Positions 25,589-38,301 of a DNA stretch of 64,000 nt are shown piece after piece. A program made the position numbers and the translations under genes. The notes beneath the pieces are model-generated. The model was not told the origin of the DNA and searched no databases. It saw only the letters and a list, made by a program, of their open reading frames with translations. Source of the stretch: Octopus sinensis (Eukaryota); contig NC_043001.1 of the NCBI RefSeq assembly GCF_006345805.1, forward strand, positions 32,860,001-32,924,000. Direction: 5' to 3'. Within the stretch, counting starts at the first letter, position 1. The number at the start of each line of letters is the position of its first letter.

Positions 25589-25909
25589 TTTTATTATTAT
25601 TATTATCATTATTGGTTTTACGTATTTTCGTATTCTTATTCGTGTTATCATTATTATTTTTACGTATTTTTGTATCCTTATTCGTCCCCGCCCTTGTTTT
25701 GTATACATTCGAGGCTTTCTTTCAAGGAATCTAATGCGCTTGGCTTAGATTTTCCTTTGGGGCTGGCCAGGTCGGAGCAATCTCAAGATTAATCAGCCGA
25801 AATTGCGAGGATGATCCGGTTCTTGACTGAAGATTGAAGGCTTCGAATGTCCCGTCCGTGTTTTTTGTATCGTCTTCTAAATGTTCTGCGTTTTTGTGCC
25901 AGTTTGAAT

Positions 25910-25952
<43 letters not shown>

Positions 25953-25956
25953 ATAT

Positions 25957-26004
<48 letters not shown>

Positions 26005-26007
<3 letters not shown>

Positions 26008-26225
26008 AGAGTTTACGAAAAAAAACAAAAGACGAAAACAGGTGGTGTACAAAACAAACAGATGTATTAGTATAACGCTCAAGAATAGAAAAAGTATTTT
26101 GCGTTTCGAGCCTACGCTCTTCTACAGAAAGGGACACAGAAAAAACAAGGAGAGAAACAAGGAGATAAAAAAAGGAGAGAAAAAAAGGAGAGAAAAAATG
26201 TGTGTAGTGGCTAATGATCTATCAT
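26005..26225 (-). mobile_element. Short repeat with degenerate hammerhead-like motif
   Basis: Minus strand CTGTAGA-A-GAGC-GTAG-GCTC-GAAA-CGC at ~26096-26131. Confidence 0.45.
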
Positions 26226-26232
26226 ATATATA

Positions 26233-26955
26233 TAAAATTATAATTAAGCGTATCTAAAAGATACCACCATGCTAGAGATACCAGTCAAAACTTGACTCTA
26301 AAACCACCTGTTGCTGTATGAATGCTTGATGTAATTTTAGAGTCAAGTTTTAACTGCTATCTCTAGCATGGTGGTATCTTTTAGATACCCTTAATTATAA
26401 TTTTAATAATCATTATTACCTATAAGATTTTTATTCCTATGTTGGCCACTTGATATGATCGGCATTTTAAATAACGATCTTATCTTTATTTATATAAATT
26501 TATATATTTACTTCGTCATTATATTCACTGCGGTGGTATTTTGACAATATAGCACGTGGTGTTTAGATGGGCAATTAAACCGGTCGAGTATACGTACATA
26601 TATATGTGTGTATACGTGCGCATATGTAAGTATTCGTATGTTATATTTGTAATTATGTACTATCTGTGTATATCCCACTGATGAGGCAGACTATATTTTT
26701 ATGCAAAGCCAGAAATTTAGATCTGGGATTACCCAATAATTTTTTGCTAGTTCATTTGTCTGTTTGTCTTTTCTCTTGGTGCTGTATGAATACCTGGAGT
26801 GGTTTTAGAGTCAAGTTTTGACTGCTATCTCTCGCATGGTGGTATCTTTTAGATACCTTCAATTATTATTTTAATTATAATTATTACCTATAAGGTTTTT
26901 ATTCCCATGCTGGTCACTTGAAATGATCGGTATTTTAAATAACGATTTTATTCCT
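26233..26955 (+). mobile_element. Penelope-like/retrozyme-like non-autonomous element: 5' inverted arm plus partial tandem (468-bp period)
   Basis: 71-bp inverted arms 26233-26303 / 26335-26405; tgctgtatgaat starts at 26312 and 26780 with ~175 bp homologous downstream; one hammerhead motif per unit. Confidence 0.7.
26672..26729 (+). ncRNA. Type-I hammerhead ribozyme candidate
   Basis: ATCCCA-CTGATGA-GGC...GCC-(A)-GAAA-TTTAGA-TC-TGGGAT: 6-bp stem I, intact core, AUC triplet (cleavage after 26723), one extra A before GAAA. Confidence 0.6.
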
Positions 26956-26956
26956 T

Positions 26957-27015
<59 letters not shown>

Positions 27016-28652
27016 CGAGGTGACCTGACAATGACACTATCCACGAATTCACTATCACATTTCTTTTCGTTTATGGGAGAAGAAATAATATTGCTACAAT
27101 TGCATAGATATCTCAGTTCATAACTATTATTTATTGCATTTATGCTTTCTTCAGTTAACATTTGATAATAAACATATAAGATTCACGGTGTCACTAAAAC
27201 TAACTTTTACTGTGTGAACTATAGAACTGCTTCAATAGTAACCCTAGAAAACGTTTTACCATATTAAAACAACATTTAAACTTTAGTGGCGTTTAAACCA
27301 GATAATTTTTCAAATGTTTTATTTAAATGCTCGCTATTGGAGCCTTCATACACAGTGTTATGTATCAAACCACTCACTGCCAAGTATTATTATAAAATAT
27401 TTTATATTTTTATTTTCTGTACTTTCTATATATTTATTTATCTATTTCTCGCCATGCTTGCTTTTATTCTACTAATCTTGCATTATAAAGAAAGTATTTC
27501 CTGCATCAGACATCACTTGTGCGATCTACAGCACTCACAGACCTCAGACAGTAACCTGAGTACCACAATACATAATTAATCAGTAATTTATATCATCGTT
27601 TCTCCTCATGTTCATAAATTCAAAAGCACATACCTTATACACGCTTAAGCCATGTGTTTATGTGTGCACATGTTTACACACACACATTCATAATGTGCAT
27701 ATGTATGCTTCAGTGTATATGCACACATACGCACGCACGAAAATGCTGGTGTTTACTTTCTATTTGATGGTTTAGTCAGACCAACTGTTTGCATTTTCAT
27801 TATTCTGTGCACTAAGCTAAACTTTCACTCAGATCTATGCTTTACAAAGAATAGCCGGAAGATCTTCCTGTGTGAAATATGTTCTGGCTTCAATAATATT
27901 AAACTGTGTTATAGCCTCCTAGGCAGATCGCTGCCAGTGATATTTATTAAATCTTTATACCTTTGAAGTATATAATAACAAATACAATGTTTTTCATAAA
28001 GTAACGACATTACATCTTGACTTTCTTCTTAACAATTTGCAATTAGCACATAAAGTATTGGAGCCAACAAGTAAAACACCACTCAACCACTCGTCCTCCT
28101 AGAAAGAGCACTAGAGTGTCTCAAAATAGGACTGATAGATTAAGCAATGTAATCCTAGATATATAAAATGTGATGGAGATGATAGTGGCTGGTTCACAGG
28201 TTATCTAGATCAAAATTGCTTTTCGATTACACCACAGTAGCAACAAAAATTAACCGTCAAAATTTGTACGAATATTTTTTTACATAAACACAAGCCACAA
28301 ATTGCGCTGAAGGTGCAGAATATTATCTTGTTATCATTATTTGTATGGTACTAATCTTAAGGGTTCACAAAAGGATGATTGTCAACTTTGGGAGGAGGAT
28401 TTTAACTCAAGACCTAAAATAAGGTGACTAAAATCATAAAAGCATTTTGTCTGACGCTCAAATATTAGCCAGATGCAAATATTTATTTCATTTCTTTCAC
28501 AAGCGCATGAGAAATGCCTGTCATGATTTGGTTTTATTGTCTCCATTACACACATGCGCGCATACACAAATATCTTAGAGCAAGTTTCAAAGGCATCAGT
28601 GGTGGGTGTAGCAAATTAACGAGTTTCAAAAATAACCTATTTAAAATATTAT

Positions 28653-28748
28653 TTATTTCTGAATTCCTTACGGATGCGCAAAGAGACGCAATCGGAGTGA
28701 TTTATTTCTAAATTCCTTACGTATGCGTGAAGAGATATATTCAGAGTG
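28653..28748. repeat. Two-copy 49-bp tandem repeat
   Basis: ttatttctRaattccttacgKatgcgYRaagagaYRYAWTCRgagtg at 28653 and 28702. Confidence 0.8.
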
Positions 28749-28791
28749 TCGCTAGAGTGAATCAGAGTTTGAAGGAAATTATTTCGTAGTA

Positions 28792-29019
28792 CATTAATCC
28801 CTCGACTATCGCGTGTATTACGTTGCAACCCCCACCCAGCCGTGATAGGTAAAAATTCGTTACTTTGAAACGGTACTGTACTGTATATATTCTTTGCTTA
28901 TTTTTATAATTTGTATATACTTATTTTATTATAAACGCAAAACAACACCACGGAGGAATCGACGTAAGCTTAAATAGTAAATCGCGATAGATGAACCGCG
29001 ATATGACAAGGGGTTACTG
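28792..29019. mobile_element. Tigger/pogo-like MITE with TA target duplication
   Basis: TA|CATTAATCCCTCGACTATCGCG ... CGCGATATGACAAGGGGTTACTG|TA imperfect TIRs. Confidence 0.7.
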
Positions 29020-29144
29020 TATTCTGCTGTTCAGAGCTTGCATGGCTCATTGTCATAAATTTATCAAGTGATAGAAATTTTTTAGTTGATTTTCAAACAT
29101 ATGTTGGAAAACATTCAAGATCACTTCCTTAAATCCATAAAAGT

Positions 29145-29520
29145 GTTTCAGTCCGAAAGCTGCGGCCATGCTGGGGCACCACCGTTGAATGTGCTACACT
29201 AGTATGTGAAACCACCTCTGATACGTGGCACTTGGTCAACAAGGGAGTTCGACACCGCTGCTCGCATCTGTGTTTCCTGCCGAGAGGTAGGTTCATCTGG
29301 AACCCCTGACAAGAAGAGATCAAGTTTAGTTTTAAAGAAACCCACATCCACATAATGCAGGTCTCTCAAGCATTTAGGAAGGATATTGAAGATATGTGGT
29401 CCCCTGAAACCCAAGATGTTGCAGTATCTGGTCCTGTATTTTGATGGTGATGTTGGGATCTTTGGCATCATGAAGTGGCGCCCTGTTCTGCTGTTGGGGT
29501 AACTTTCAATATGAATAGGC
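29145..29520 (-). mobile_element. 3' end of a CR1/L2-group LINE (ORF2 C-terminus plus 3' UTR)
   Basis: FRGPHIFNILPKCLRD...FFKTKLDLFLSGVPDEP...RAAVSNSLVDQ; 3' UTR ggtggtgccccagcatggccgcag...ctgaaac. Confidence 0.85.
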
Positions 29521-29544
29521 ACACATATATGAACACACACACAC

Positions 29545-29575
<31 letters not shown>

Positions 29576-30029
29576 AAACTGTTGAACAAGACAACAAACG
29601 TTAAGGCAAGGCAAGCATTTCCAGTAGTATACAATATTATTATGGGAAGGAATTCAAAATCTTACACCGGTTTCTGGGATATCCTCGTGTATGGGATATT
29701 CAGTTATCAGAGACAAATAGGGAAAAATGAGAATAGTATATATTAATAAGATGACGACATAGAGGAAGGGAGTAAAAAAATAAGGTAATGGAAAGAAAGA
29801 AGAAAAAGGAAGCATAAAAGTTCATAGTTCAACTTTCCGAAGTTATAGAAACCAGAGCATGTGTCCTTAGGTGCAATCCTGCGTATATCCTTGTGTTAGA
29901 AACCTGATATAGCAGACATCCTAAGAAAAATGACGCTAACATATCGACGTTCAATAACAGAATTGTAGAGGCGGTGGCTATTAAGTGGTAAAAGCCACAT
30001 ATATGTACCTGTGAAGATGCATGACACAG

Positions 30030-30340
30030 TGATTAGAGCGTCGGGCTCACAATCACGGGTCAGTGAGTTCGGTTCTCGGACCGGGCTGTGTGTTGTGTTC
30101 TTGAGCAAGACACTTTATTTCACGTTGCTCCAGTTCACTCAACTGTAGATATCACTGGTGCCAAGCTATATCGGCCTTTGCCTTTCCTTCGGATAACATC
30201 GGTGGCGGGGAGAAGGCAGCCTGGTATGCACGGGCAACTGCTTATCCTCCATAAACAACCTTACCAGGACATGCGCTTTGGAGGGGAACATTGTAAGTGC
30301 AATCCCCTAGTCATTTATGACTGAAGTGGGCATTTACTCT
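30030..30340 (+). mobile_element. tRNA-derived SINE, group E
   Basis: Homologous to 9535-9800. Confidence 0.8.
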
Positions 30341-30434
30341 TTATATATACACGCATCATATATTTATAGATTATATTATATTGTATTATATTGCAAAGCT
30401 TACCATTTTATCTGGAAGAGAGCAATAACTTATA

Positions 30435-30556
30435 CTAATAGCATAACCCGGCTTTGCCTGAGATTAAGTTATGATTATTAAGCTAATCAAGTTCTTTATT
30501 TCAAGCCAAACTAAGTAACATTGACGTCAAAATTGGGAGAAATCCGTTGAAATTGG

Positions 30557-30594
<38 letters not shown>

Positions 30595-30615
30595 ATATGT
30601 GTGTGTGTGTGGGCA

Positions 30616-30656
<41 letters not shown>

Positions 30657-30763
30657 CACACGTACGGACGTACATCTATTGCATACATGGTTTTTGTACA
30701 CACACACATACACGAACCTGTATGTGTACAAAAACCATGTATGCAATAGATGTGCGTCCGTAC

Positions 30764-30834
<71 letters not shown>

Positions 30835-31155
30835 TGTGTTGCCCGTATATCAACAAAAGACTTCTTTCCTCGATGGAAAATAACAACAATCGTCTTAAAA
30901 CCTAACTCGTCACTAGAAGGGGACTTAACTCCTGTGTGCAAAAAATGGTAATTTCTCCGACTTGAAAATTTATTTTTACTGCTATTCGCGGGTGCCTCTG
31001 GGGAAAATAAGCTGACGAAAATACAGCTAGAGTCATGACGAGTGTCCTCCTAAAATTGGAGCGACATGGGTGCTAATTTGTGGACGTGCATAAATTACAT
31101 TCACGTACACATGCTCACACACACACACACACATCCTGCTTTTTATATATACAGA
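30435..31155 (-). mobile_element. Non-autonomous Helitron-like element
   Basis: Minus strand A|TCTGTATATATAAAAAGCAGGATGT ... CAGGCAAAGCCGGGTTATGCTATTAG|T; A-T insertion site, 3' GC hairpin and TAG end; termini resemble 35040-36654. Confidence 0.65.
30611..30844. repeat. Near-perfect palindrome with 8-nt loop inside the Helitron
   Basis: gggcaacac..(CA)n(TA)n..cacgtacggacgtacatctattgcatacatggtttttgtaca / mirror to gtgttgccc; 1 mismatch in the unique core; loop acgaacct. Confidence 0.95.
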
Positions 31156-31374
31156 TGCATCAAATTATACATCGTATAGTTATATCCTAAGGATGAAATA
31201 TATTGGTGGACTTCCTTAAAAATAATGCTGCTCACTTTATATTCGAGGTCCCATTATTGTTAAGGAAGTGTGTACAGAGTGTGTTTATGTATTTCGCTTT
31301 TCGCTCCTGTTTCAGTAGAAAACGTACAAAAACAATTACATATGCACGTCTTTGTATATATATATATATTATAT

Positions 31375-31440
<66 letters not shown>

Positions 31441-31849
31441 GTATATACTATAGAATACATATATGTATATGTGAGGGGAAGGAAAGAAGAAGAAAGATGG
31501 GGGAACTGTGTGCTGTGTCCGATTTCAATCTAAAGACTAAGTCTGAAGACGCCATAGTCCTGTGATAAATATAAATCTTTGGAAAACTAAGACAAAATTC
31601 AGAAATGTTCTTTCATTCTTTCAATCAGTCATATATGATAATAGAATGAAGCAATAGCCATTCTGCCGTCACAGCAGAATCAGTAAGATAAATAACCGAA
31701 AATGTATTATAGGACACAGAGAAAAATATTAATTGCAACAAGAACAGGAAAAAGGACTACACAATACCGATACGAATATGAAATTAAACATAATTGAAAT
31801 TGAAATAATAATTGAAATAATAATAATGATAATAACAATGGTTGCAAAT

Positions 31850-32052
31850 TTTGCCACAGGGGTAGAAGTTTGGGGGGAGGGGATAAGACGATTACATCGA
31901 CCCCAGTGTTCAACTGGTATTTTATCGTTTCGACCCTGGAAAGATTAAAGTCAATGTCGACCTCGGTTGAATTTGAACGCAAAACGTAAAGACGGACGTA
32001 ATATCGCTAAGCATTTTGCCCGGTGTGCTAATGGCTCTGCTAGCTCGCCGCC
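31850..32052 (-). mobile_element. SINE family A (A2 tail)
   Basis: Reverse complement of A head and body. Confidence 0.85.
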
Positions 32053-32058
32053 ATAATG

Positions 32059-32117
<59 letters not shown>

Positions 32118-32118
<1 letters not shown>

Positions 32119-32668
32119 TGTGAAGATGGACAAGAAACAATAAATTAAATTATCTCTGGCTGTCCAGTCCTGGTTAAGAAGGAATATATTCACAGACACG
32201 ACAGAGTTGGGACCTACATACACTGGAAGCTATGCCAACATTATGGAATAACAACAGAAAAAAGATGGTATAGGTACACACCAGAAAAGGTCGCGGAAAA
32301 TGAGAAAGCAACAATACTCTGGGATATGCCAATACACACAGATAGAGAAATTAAGGCCAACAGACCAGATATAGTTATCAGAGATCATGAAGAAAAAATG
32401 CTTTCTAATTGATGTATCAATACCAGTAGATGACAACGTTTCTCTAAAAGAAATGGGGAAACATTCAAAATACAAAACTTGGGAATAGAGATAACTCGAA
32501 TGTGGAATCTAAAAACAGAAACAATTCCTATCATAGTGAGCACATTAGGTATAATAAAAAATATTCAGACAAATACATAACAAAAATACCAGGACTTATA
32601 AATATATATAACATACAGAAAATTTCACTACTAGGCACTGTACGCATCCTACGCAGAACACTTTCAAT
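32118..32668 (+). mobile_element. 3' fragment of an R4/Dong-type RLE retrotransposon, flanked by (TAA)n
   Basis: WDMPIHTDREIKANRPDIVIRD..FLIDVSIP..KY..MWNLKTETIPIIV..KISLLGTVRILRRTLS (PD-(D/E)xK endonuclease), with frameshifts. Confidence 0.9.
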
Positions 32669-32683
32669 AATAATAATAATAAT

Positions 32684-33115
32684 CCATATTTTTCCAGATA
32701 TTCGTACATTGACTCTGCGACTATTCCAGTCAATAATTTCCATATAAGTGGCAATCAGGATTTCGGCCTGTAATTTTCTACCGTATTGCCTTTTTCGATG
32801 TTTTTCAAGCACAGCACTGTCCTACCCAATGTCAGCCACTCTGGTGTTACTTGGTCGGCATTTAACAAGGTGTTAAGTTGTACAGATATTCGTGCATGAC
32901 ATTTTCCAAATCTTTTGATCCCTGGAAACAGTGAGTAGAAATCTAGAGAAGTACATGGGAAAAATAGGGGCTGCAATAAGGGTGGAGCACTTTGCAGAAA
33001 ACAGCACTGCTTGGAACCGCTCGAATACTCTGGAAGGTGCTCGAAAAGTAAGAGGTATAACCTTAGTTCACTGGTAGTGAATAGCTGACACCGTAGTAAG
33101 CTGTGCAAAGAAAAT
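32684..33115 (-). mobile_element. Inverted internal RT fragment of an R4/Dong-type element
   Basis: [63 protein letters not shown] (RT N-terminal motifs). Confidence 0.85.
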
Positions 33116-33189
33116 AGTAATAATAATAATAATAACAATAATAATATAATAATAATAATAATAATAATATAATAATAATAATAATAATA

Positions 33190-33220
<31 letters not shown>

Positions 33221-33227
33221 AATAATA

Positions 33228-34785
33228 GATGTCGAAATAGTAATAAAGGAACTTGAGCAGGAACAAACCTATAAATACCTAGGAATAAATGAAGGCTCTG
33301 GTATCCAGCATGCAAGCATGAAAGAGAAGGTTAGGAAAGAATGTTACAGAAGAGTACGAGCAGTCCTGAAGTCTGAGCTGAATGCATATAATAAGGTTTT
33401 AGCCATAAATTCCTTAGCAGTACCAGTTGTTCTTTATAGCTTCAATGTGCTTAACTGGAATACCAGTGAAATAATGAAAATTGACAGGAAAATCCGCAAG
33501 CTACTGACTTGTAATAAGATGCACCATCAAAAGGCAGACGTGGATCGCCTTTACCTTCCCAGAGCACAGGGAGGTCAAGGTTTGATCCAGCTTGAACTTA
33601 CATACAAAACCACCACAATCGGACTGGCCAAATACCTTGAAGCAACCAACGATTGGATGCTAAAACTTGTTGAAAAACAAATGAAAGACCTAAAAAACTT
33701 CACTCTATTCTCAAAGAGAGCAAAAAATTCGCTACTGATCTCTTAGATACCCATCAGATTGAACAGGCTGAAGAAAAGGAGCCAACTGCAGCTGCAAAGA
33801 AAATAAAATTAATTGCAAAGACAAAAGTACATGAAAATTTAGCTAGCAGATGGGAACAGAAACCTTTCCATGGCAAGTATGTGGCCCGTAGCAAACAAGC
33901 TGATGTCGACCAGAAACACACCCACCAATGGTTACGAAGTTCAGGGCTAAAAGCAGAGAGTGAAGGTTTCATATTTGCTGCTCAAGACCAAAGCTTATTT
34001 ACCCGGAACTACCAAGCTATTGTGATGAAAAATGGAGCTGACCCAAAATGCCGATTCTGTAACGATGAGATTGAAACAATAGACCACCTAATCTCAGGGT
34101 GTAGAGTCTTAGTACCTGTAGAATATAAAGCAAGACATGACAGAGTCGGCCAGTATTTACACTGGACACTATGTCGGCATTATAAAATCAAAACCGCTGA
34201 CAAATGGTATAAACATCATCCTGAAGCTGTGACTGAGGGAGAAAATGTGTCGATTCTATGGGACTTCCCCGTGCAGACCGACAGGACTATAAAAGCCAAT
34301 AAACCGGATATCATTATAAAAGATCAGACAAAAAGGATGTGTTTATTAATTGACATGAGTATTCCCTGTGATCACAATATAGCGGCGAATGAATTTGACA
34401 AGATTAGTAAATATAAAGACCTGCTAATGGAAATTGAAAAAATGTGGCATCTCAAGACGACTACAGTACCAGTGATTGTAGGATCTCTAGGAATGATAAA
34501 AAAAAAGGTACTGAAACCTATTTGAAAATGATTCCAGGCTTACCATCCCTACAGGAAGTGCAAAAATCGTATTAACTGGAACGGCTCATGTACTGAGAAG
34601 AGCACTATCGCTGTGAAAATAACATCCATCCATGAATTTATTTATTTATTAATTTTTAAATACATATTTTATCTGTGAATTTGCGCGTGTAATCTGGGAA
34701 TGCATACAATGCCCTTCTCTGCCCTAGGTGTATGGAAAACACTCGGCGAGAAACGGAAGAAAATTTGAAGAAAGAAGGAAAATAC
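33228..34785 (+). mobile_element. 5'-truncated R4/Dong-type non-LTR retrotransposon (RT end, CCHC knuckle, RLE, 3' UTR) between (TAA)n arrays
   Basis: ORFs 33213-33746 (TYKYLGINE) and 33881-34525 (CRFCNDEIETIDHLISGC; KPDIIIKD..LIDMSIP..KISKYKDL); frameshifted; (TAA)n at 33116-33227 and 34786-34822. Confidence 0.92.
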
Positions 34786-34824
<39 letters not shown>

Positions 34825-34955
34825 GTTTGAAAGTTTGGCACATAGCCAACAACATATCGGTTGCTGCTGTAGTTCGCTACAATGCACTCTTTCTGAAATG
34901 GACAGGAGCGGTGATTGACCAACTCAGTCGGATTACCCGAAAGACGATGTATATA

Positions 34956-34999
<44 letters not shown>

Positions 35000-35039
35000 T
35001 ATATACATATATATATATTATATTATATTATATTATATT

Positions 35040-36654
35040 ATATTATATTATAAAAGTCAATGTCTGTGTGTTCGTGTATTTGAAAAGTACTGAACCGATC
35101 CTAATGAAATTTGGAGCACAAAATCCAAGCCTAGGAAAAAGAGTAATGCGATATGTTTCATACAATTTTGAGGGAGCATAAAGAGAGGCACAACTCCCTG
35201 TGAAAATTCATATGCTTCAGGCTTTGATGAAGTTTGAACCATAGGTATTAGAAATAAATAATAAAATATACCCAAAATTTCCATTTCTTTCGATGATTCT
35301 AAGACCCCCCAATAGGGGCTTAAACCCCAAATTTTAGTTATTTTTTATGATCCAAAACGGTAAAAAGTACTGAATGGATCTATATGAAATTTGGAAATTA
35401 TATTCTATTCATAAGGGCGGATGTAATTTAGCATATGTTTGAAACTGAGGGGGCATAAATGAGGTCATAAGCCCCATGAAAATTCATACATTCTTGCTGT
35501 TGATGAAATTTTAACCATAGATATTAGACACAAATGAAGTAATATTCCAAAAATTTCGACTTCTTAGGCGGTTAGCAAGATCCCTTAATGGGGGTTTAAC
35601 CCCCACAATTTAGCCATTTTTTCTAAGCCAAGACCAATACAATTGTAGTCTTGGAATCTGTAGAGCCAAACGAGGATACAAGATGAGCGTTATTTATAAT
35701 TCAATGGTACAACAGGGTAAGATTTTGTTTTGAGATATACTTACATTGTGATTTCTGCAATGTGGTGCAGAAATTGTCAAGTAAAGGAGATACATCTTTG
35801 CCTCCATTGATTCAGTTGCAAAGTGTTATTTTGAGTAAAGTTATCTAGTTGCGGACCTCCTTTGAGTCTTTTTATTATCAATGGGTCAGAGATATTCCCC
35901 AGATCGTAACATTTGATTTCAAGGCCTTTCCAAATAAATGATTGGTAATTCAAAGAGATTTATAGATTGCAAATTTATTCTGTTCAGTTGCAATCGACAT
36001 AGTGATCATTGGCAACCTCCAGAGGTGACACATGCATTCCCCTTAGCTCTTACATCACACAGTTGTTAATATTTATTTGAGTTGGGTCACGCCCTTCCAG
36101 TTGCTATAGATGCATAATGCATCTCACATTGAGGAGTGGTAACGACTAGAGTAGGGTAGCTAACTACTTGTTGTTATCATTCGTCTTTTGTTTTCCTCTA
36201 GCTTTGCTCTCTTTTATACAAACGCAGTGAATACTCATATATTTTCGATTTCAAAGAAATTTGAACAATAGATATGACACAATTTTAAAATGATTCCCGA
36301 CAATTCAACTTCTCTGGCTGACTTTAAGAACCCCCTAATAGGGATCTTAACTCCCATATTTTAACGTTCCATGTGGTCTATGTGCTCCATCTTTCAGGAA
36401 CAAAAACATTTGAATGGGGATTATAAGATTTGGATTTTGGAATCTAGGCATGAAGATTGGTATCGGATAAATATGTCATGATTAGAATTTTTGTTGGGGT
36501 GTGAAAAGAAAGAAAGAATCCCAATTAAAATTCTTGATCTCCAATTTTGATGAAGTTCGAATCATAGGTGTGCCAGTTCATTAGAGAAAATTTAAAACAA
36601 AAGTCTAATTCTTCAATTCCAGGTGACACGGGCAACGCCGGATATCTCTGCTAG
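35040..36654 (+). mobile_element. Non-autonomous Helitron-like element with ~280-bp internal tandem units and a unique insert
   Basis: 5' tataaaagtcaatgtctgtgtg; aaaagtactgaa..gatc..atgaaatttgg at ~35085 and ~35362; 3' CACGGGCAACGCCGGATATCTCTGCTAG. Confidence 0.7.
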
Positions 36655-38087
36655 AATAATATATATATATATATATATATATGCACATACATACACACAC
36701 ACATATATATATATACACACACACACACATATATATACACACATATACATACATATATATATAAGTATATCATATGCCTGCGCGAGTACATGGGAGTGAT
36801 TTTATACTCACACGTACACACACATATATATGCACACACATACACATACGTAAACACACACATATACACACACTCATATACGCACATGTACATATATTCA
36901 AATATATGCGTGTGTGTGCATGTGTGCGTGTGTTTTTAGAGACAGAGAGACAGTGAGATTACACACACACACAGGTCCACATACACACTCACACACACAC
37001 ACACTCGTGTGTGTATGTGTGTATACCCTTACGTGGGTGCGCCCGTGCGTGCGTGCATTGTATGTATACTTGAGTCAGTCTTTTATTAATTCCGCCCACC
37101 GTTAATTTATTCATGGACTTTTTTTCCCGTTATTTTACTGAGTATTTGTAAGCCATCATAGGAAGCATTTTGCATCACAGTGTTGGCGTGATGAAATACA
37201 ATTTCTGTTTTAAAGTATGCAATACAGGGAAGTAGCTATGATAATCACGCTGATTATCTCGAAGAAATGAAGCAAGGAAGAAAATGGGTGGAGATGGAAG
37301 AGGTGAGGACGCGTAGGCGGGGTGTCTTATGAGGAGTAGGCGGGGGAGGAAGAGGTGGTGGTGGTGGATAAAGAAACCAACAACGCCAATACTTTGACAT
37401 GGGTGGGTGCTTAGATTTAGTCACTATATCTAAAATATATTCGATGGTTTCTCAAATATAAGAAAAAGAAAAGAAAAAAATATTGCAGTGTAAGTCAAAG
37501 GAATTTTCCATGTAGATAACTGTGAAAGGATATATAATCTTCTCCTTTTATGATAACATTGTGTCGCTTTACAGTTAATTAATGGATATATTTACTGGAT
37601 TATAAATAACAGAGAAAACTTTATTAAGAATCCATTACTTTCATTTCATTAACTAAAGTGCAACGAACAAAGGAAAACTGTTTCACTTGGGCTTTTTAAA
37701 AATAAGTTACTTTGTATTCATTAGTTTCCGTTATCTATTTTCATGCATACCCTTTATTGATTGGATTTCGTCGGTTTACGATTAATATTTATCTTTTTTT
37801 TTCTTCTCCTATAACTCATCCATTTGTAGTCTATCGGACTGTGTAAATGAGGTTACCTTTCTCTGCCATAACCCTTTCTTAATTATAAATCTCTTTTACG
37901 ACAGTTGGTAAATTCTGGAATCTAAAACTACCACCGTCTTTCCTTCCTTGGATCTTTCTTTTTCCTATGTTTCTCACGAAGAGCTCCGCTCGCAACGTTA
38001 AATCCTCCTTCTTTCTTTCCTTTCCTAAGCGTCTAGTAACACTATACTTGTTCCACGTCTTCGCGTTGTTGTGTTTTCATGTTTGGA

Positions 38088-38132
<45 letters not shown>

Positions 38133-38301
38133 GTAGAGAGAGAGAGAGAGAGAGAGATGGATTGTATATATATAAATAGATGCATACATGTGTGTGTGTG
38201 CGTGCGTGCGTGTGTGTGTGTTTTTATATACAGTTATAATAAAAAGAATTTTGCTTTAATCTGGTGCGTTACCTTGTAATTTTATAGTACAAGGTAACAC
38301 A

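Noticed and set aside
25820-25860. CTGAAGA...TTCGAATGTC as a hammerhead
   Set aside because: GAAU instead of GAAA, and stems I/II cannot be formed
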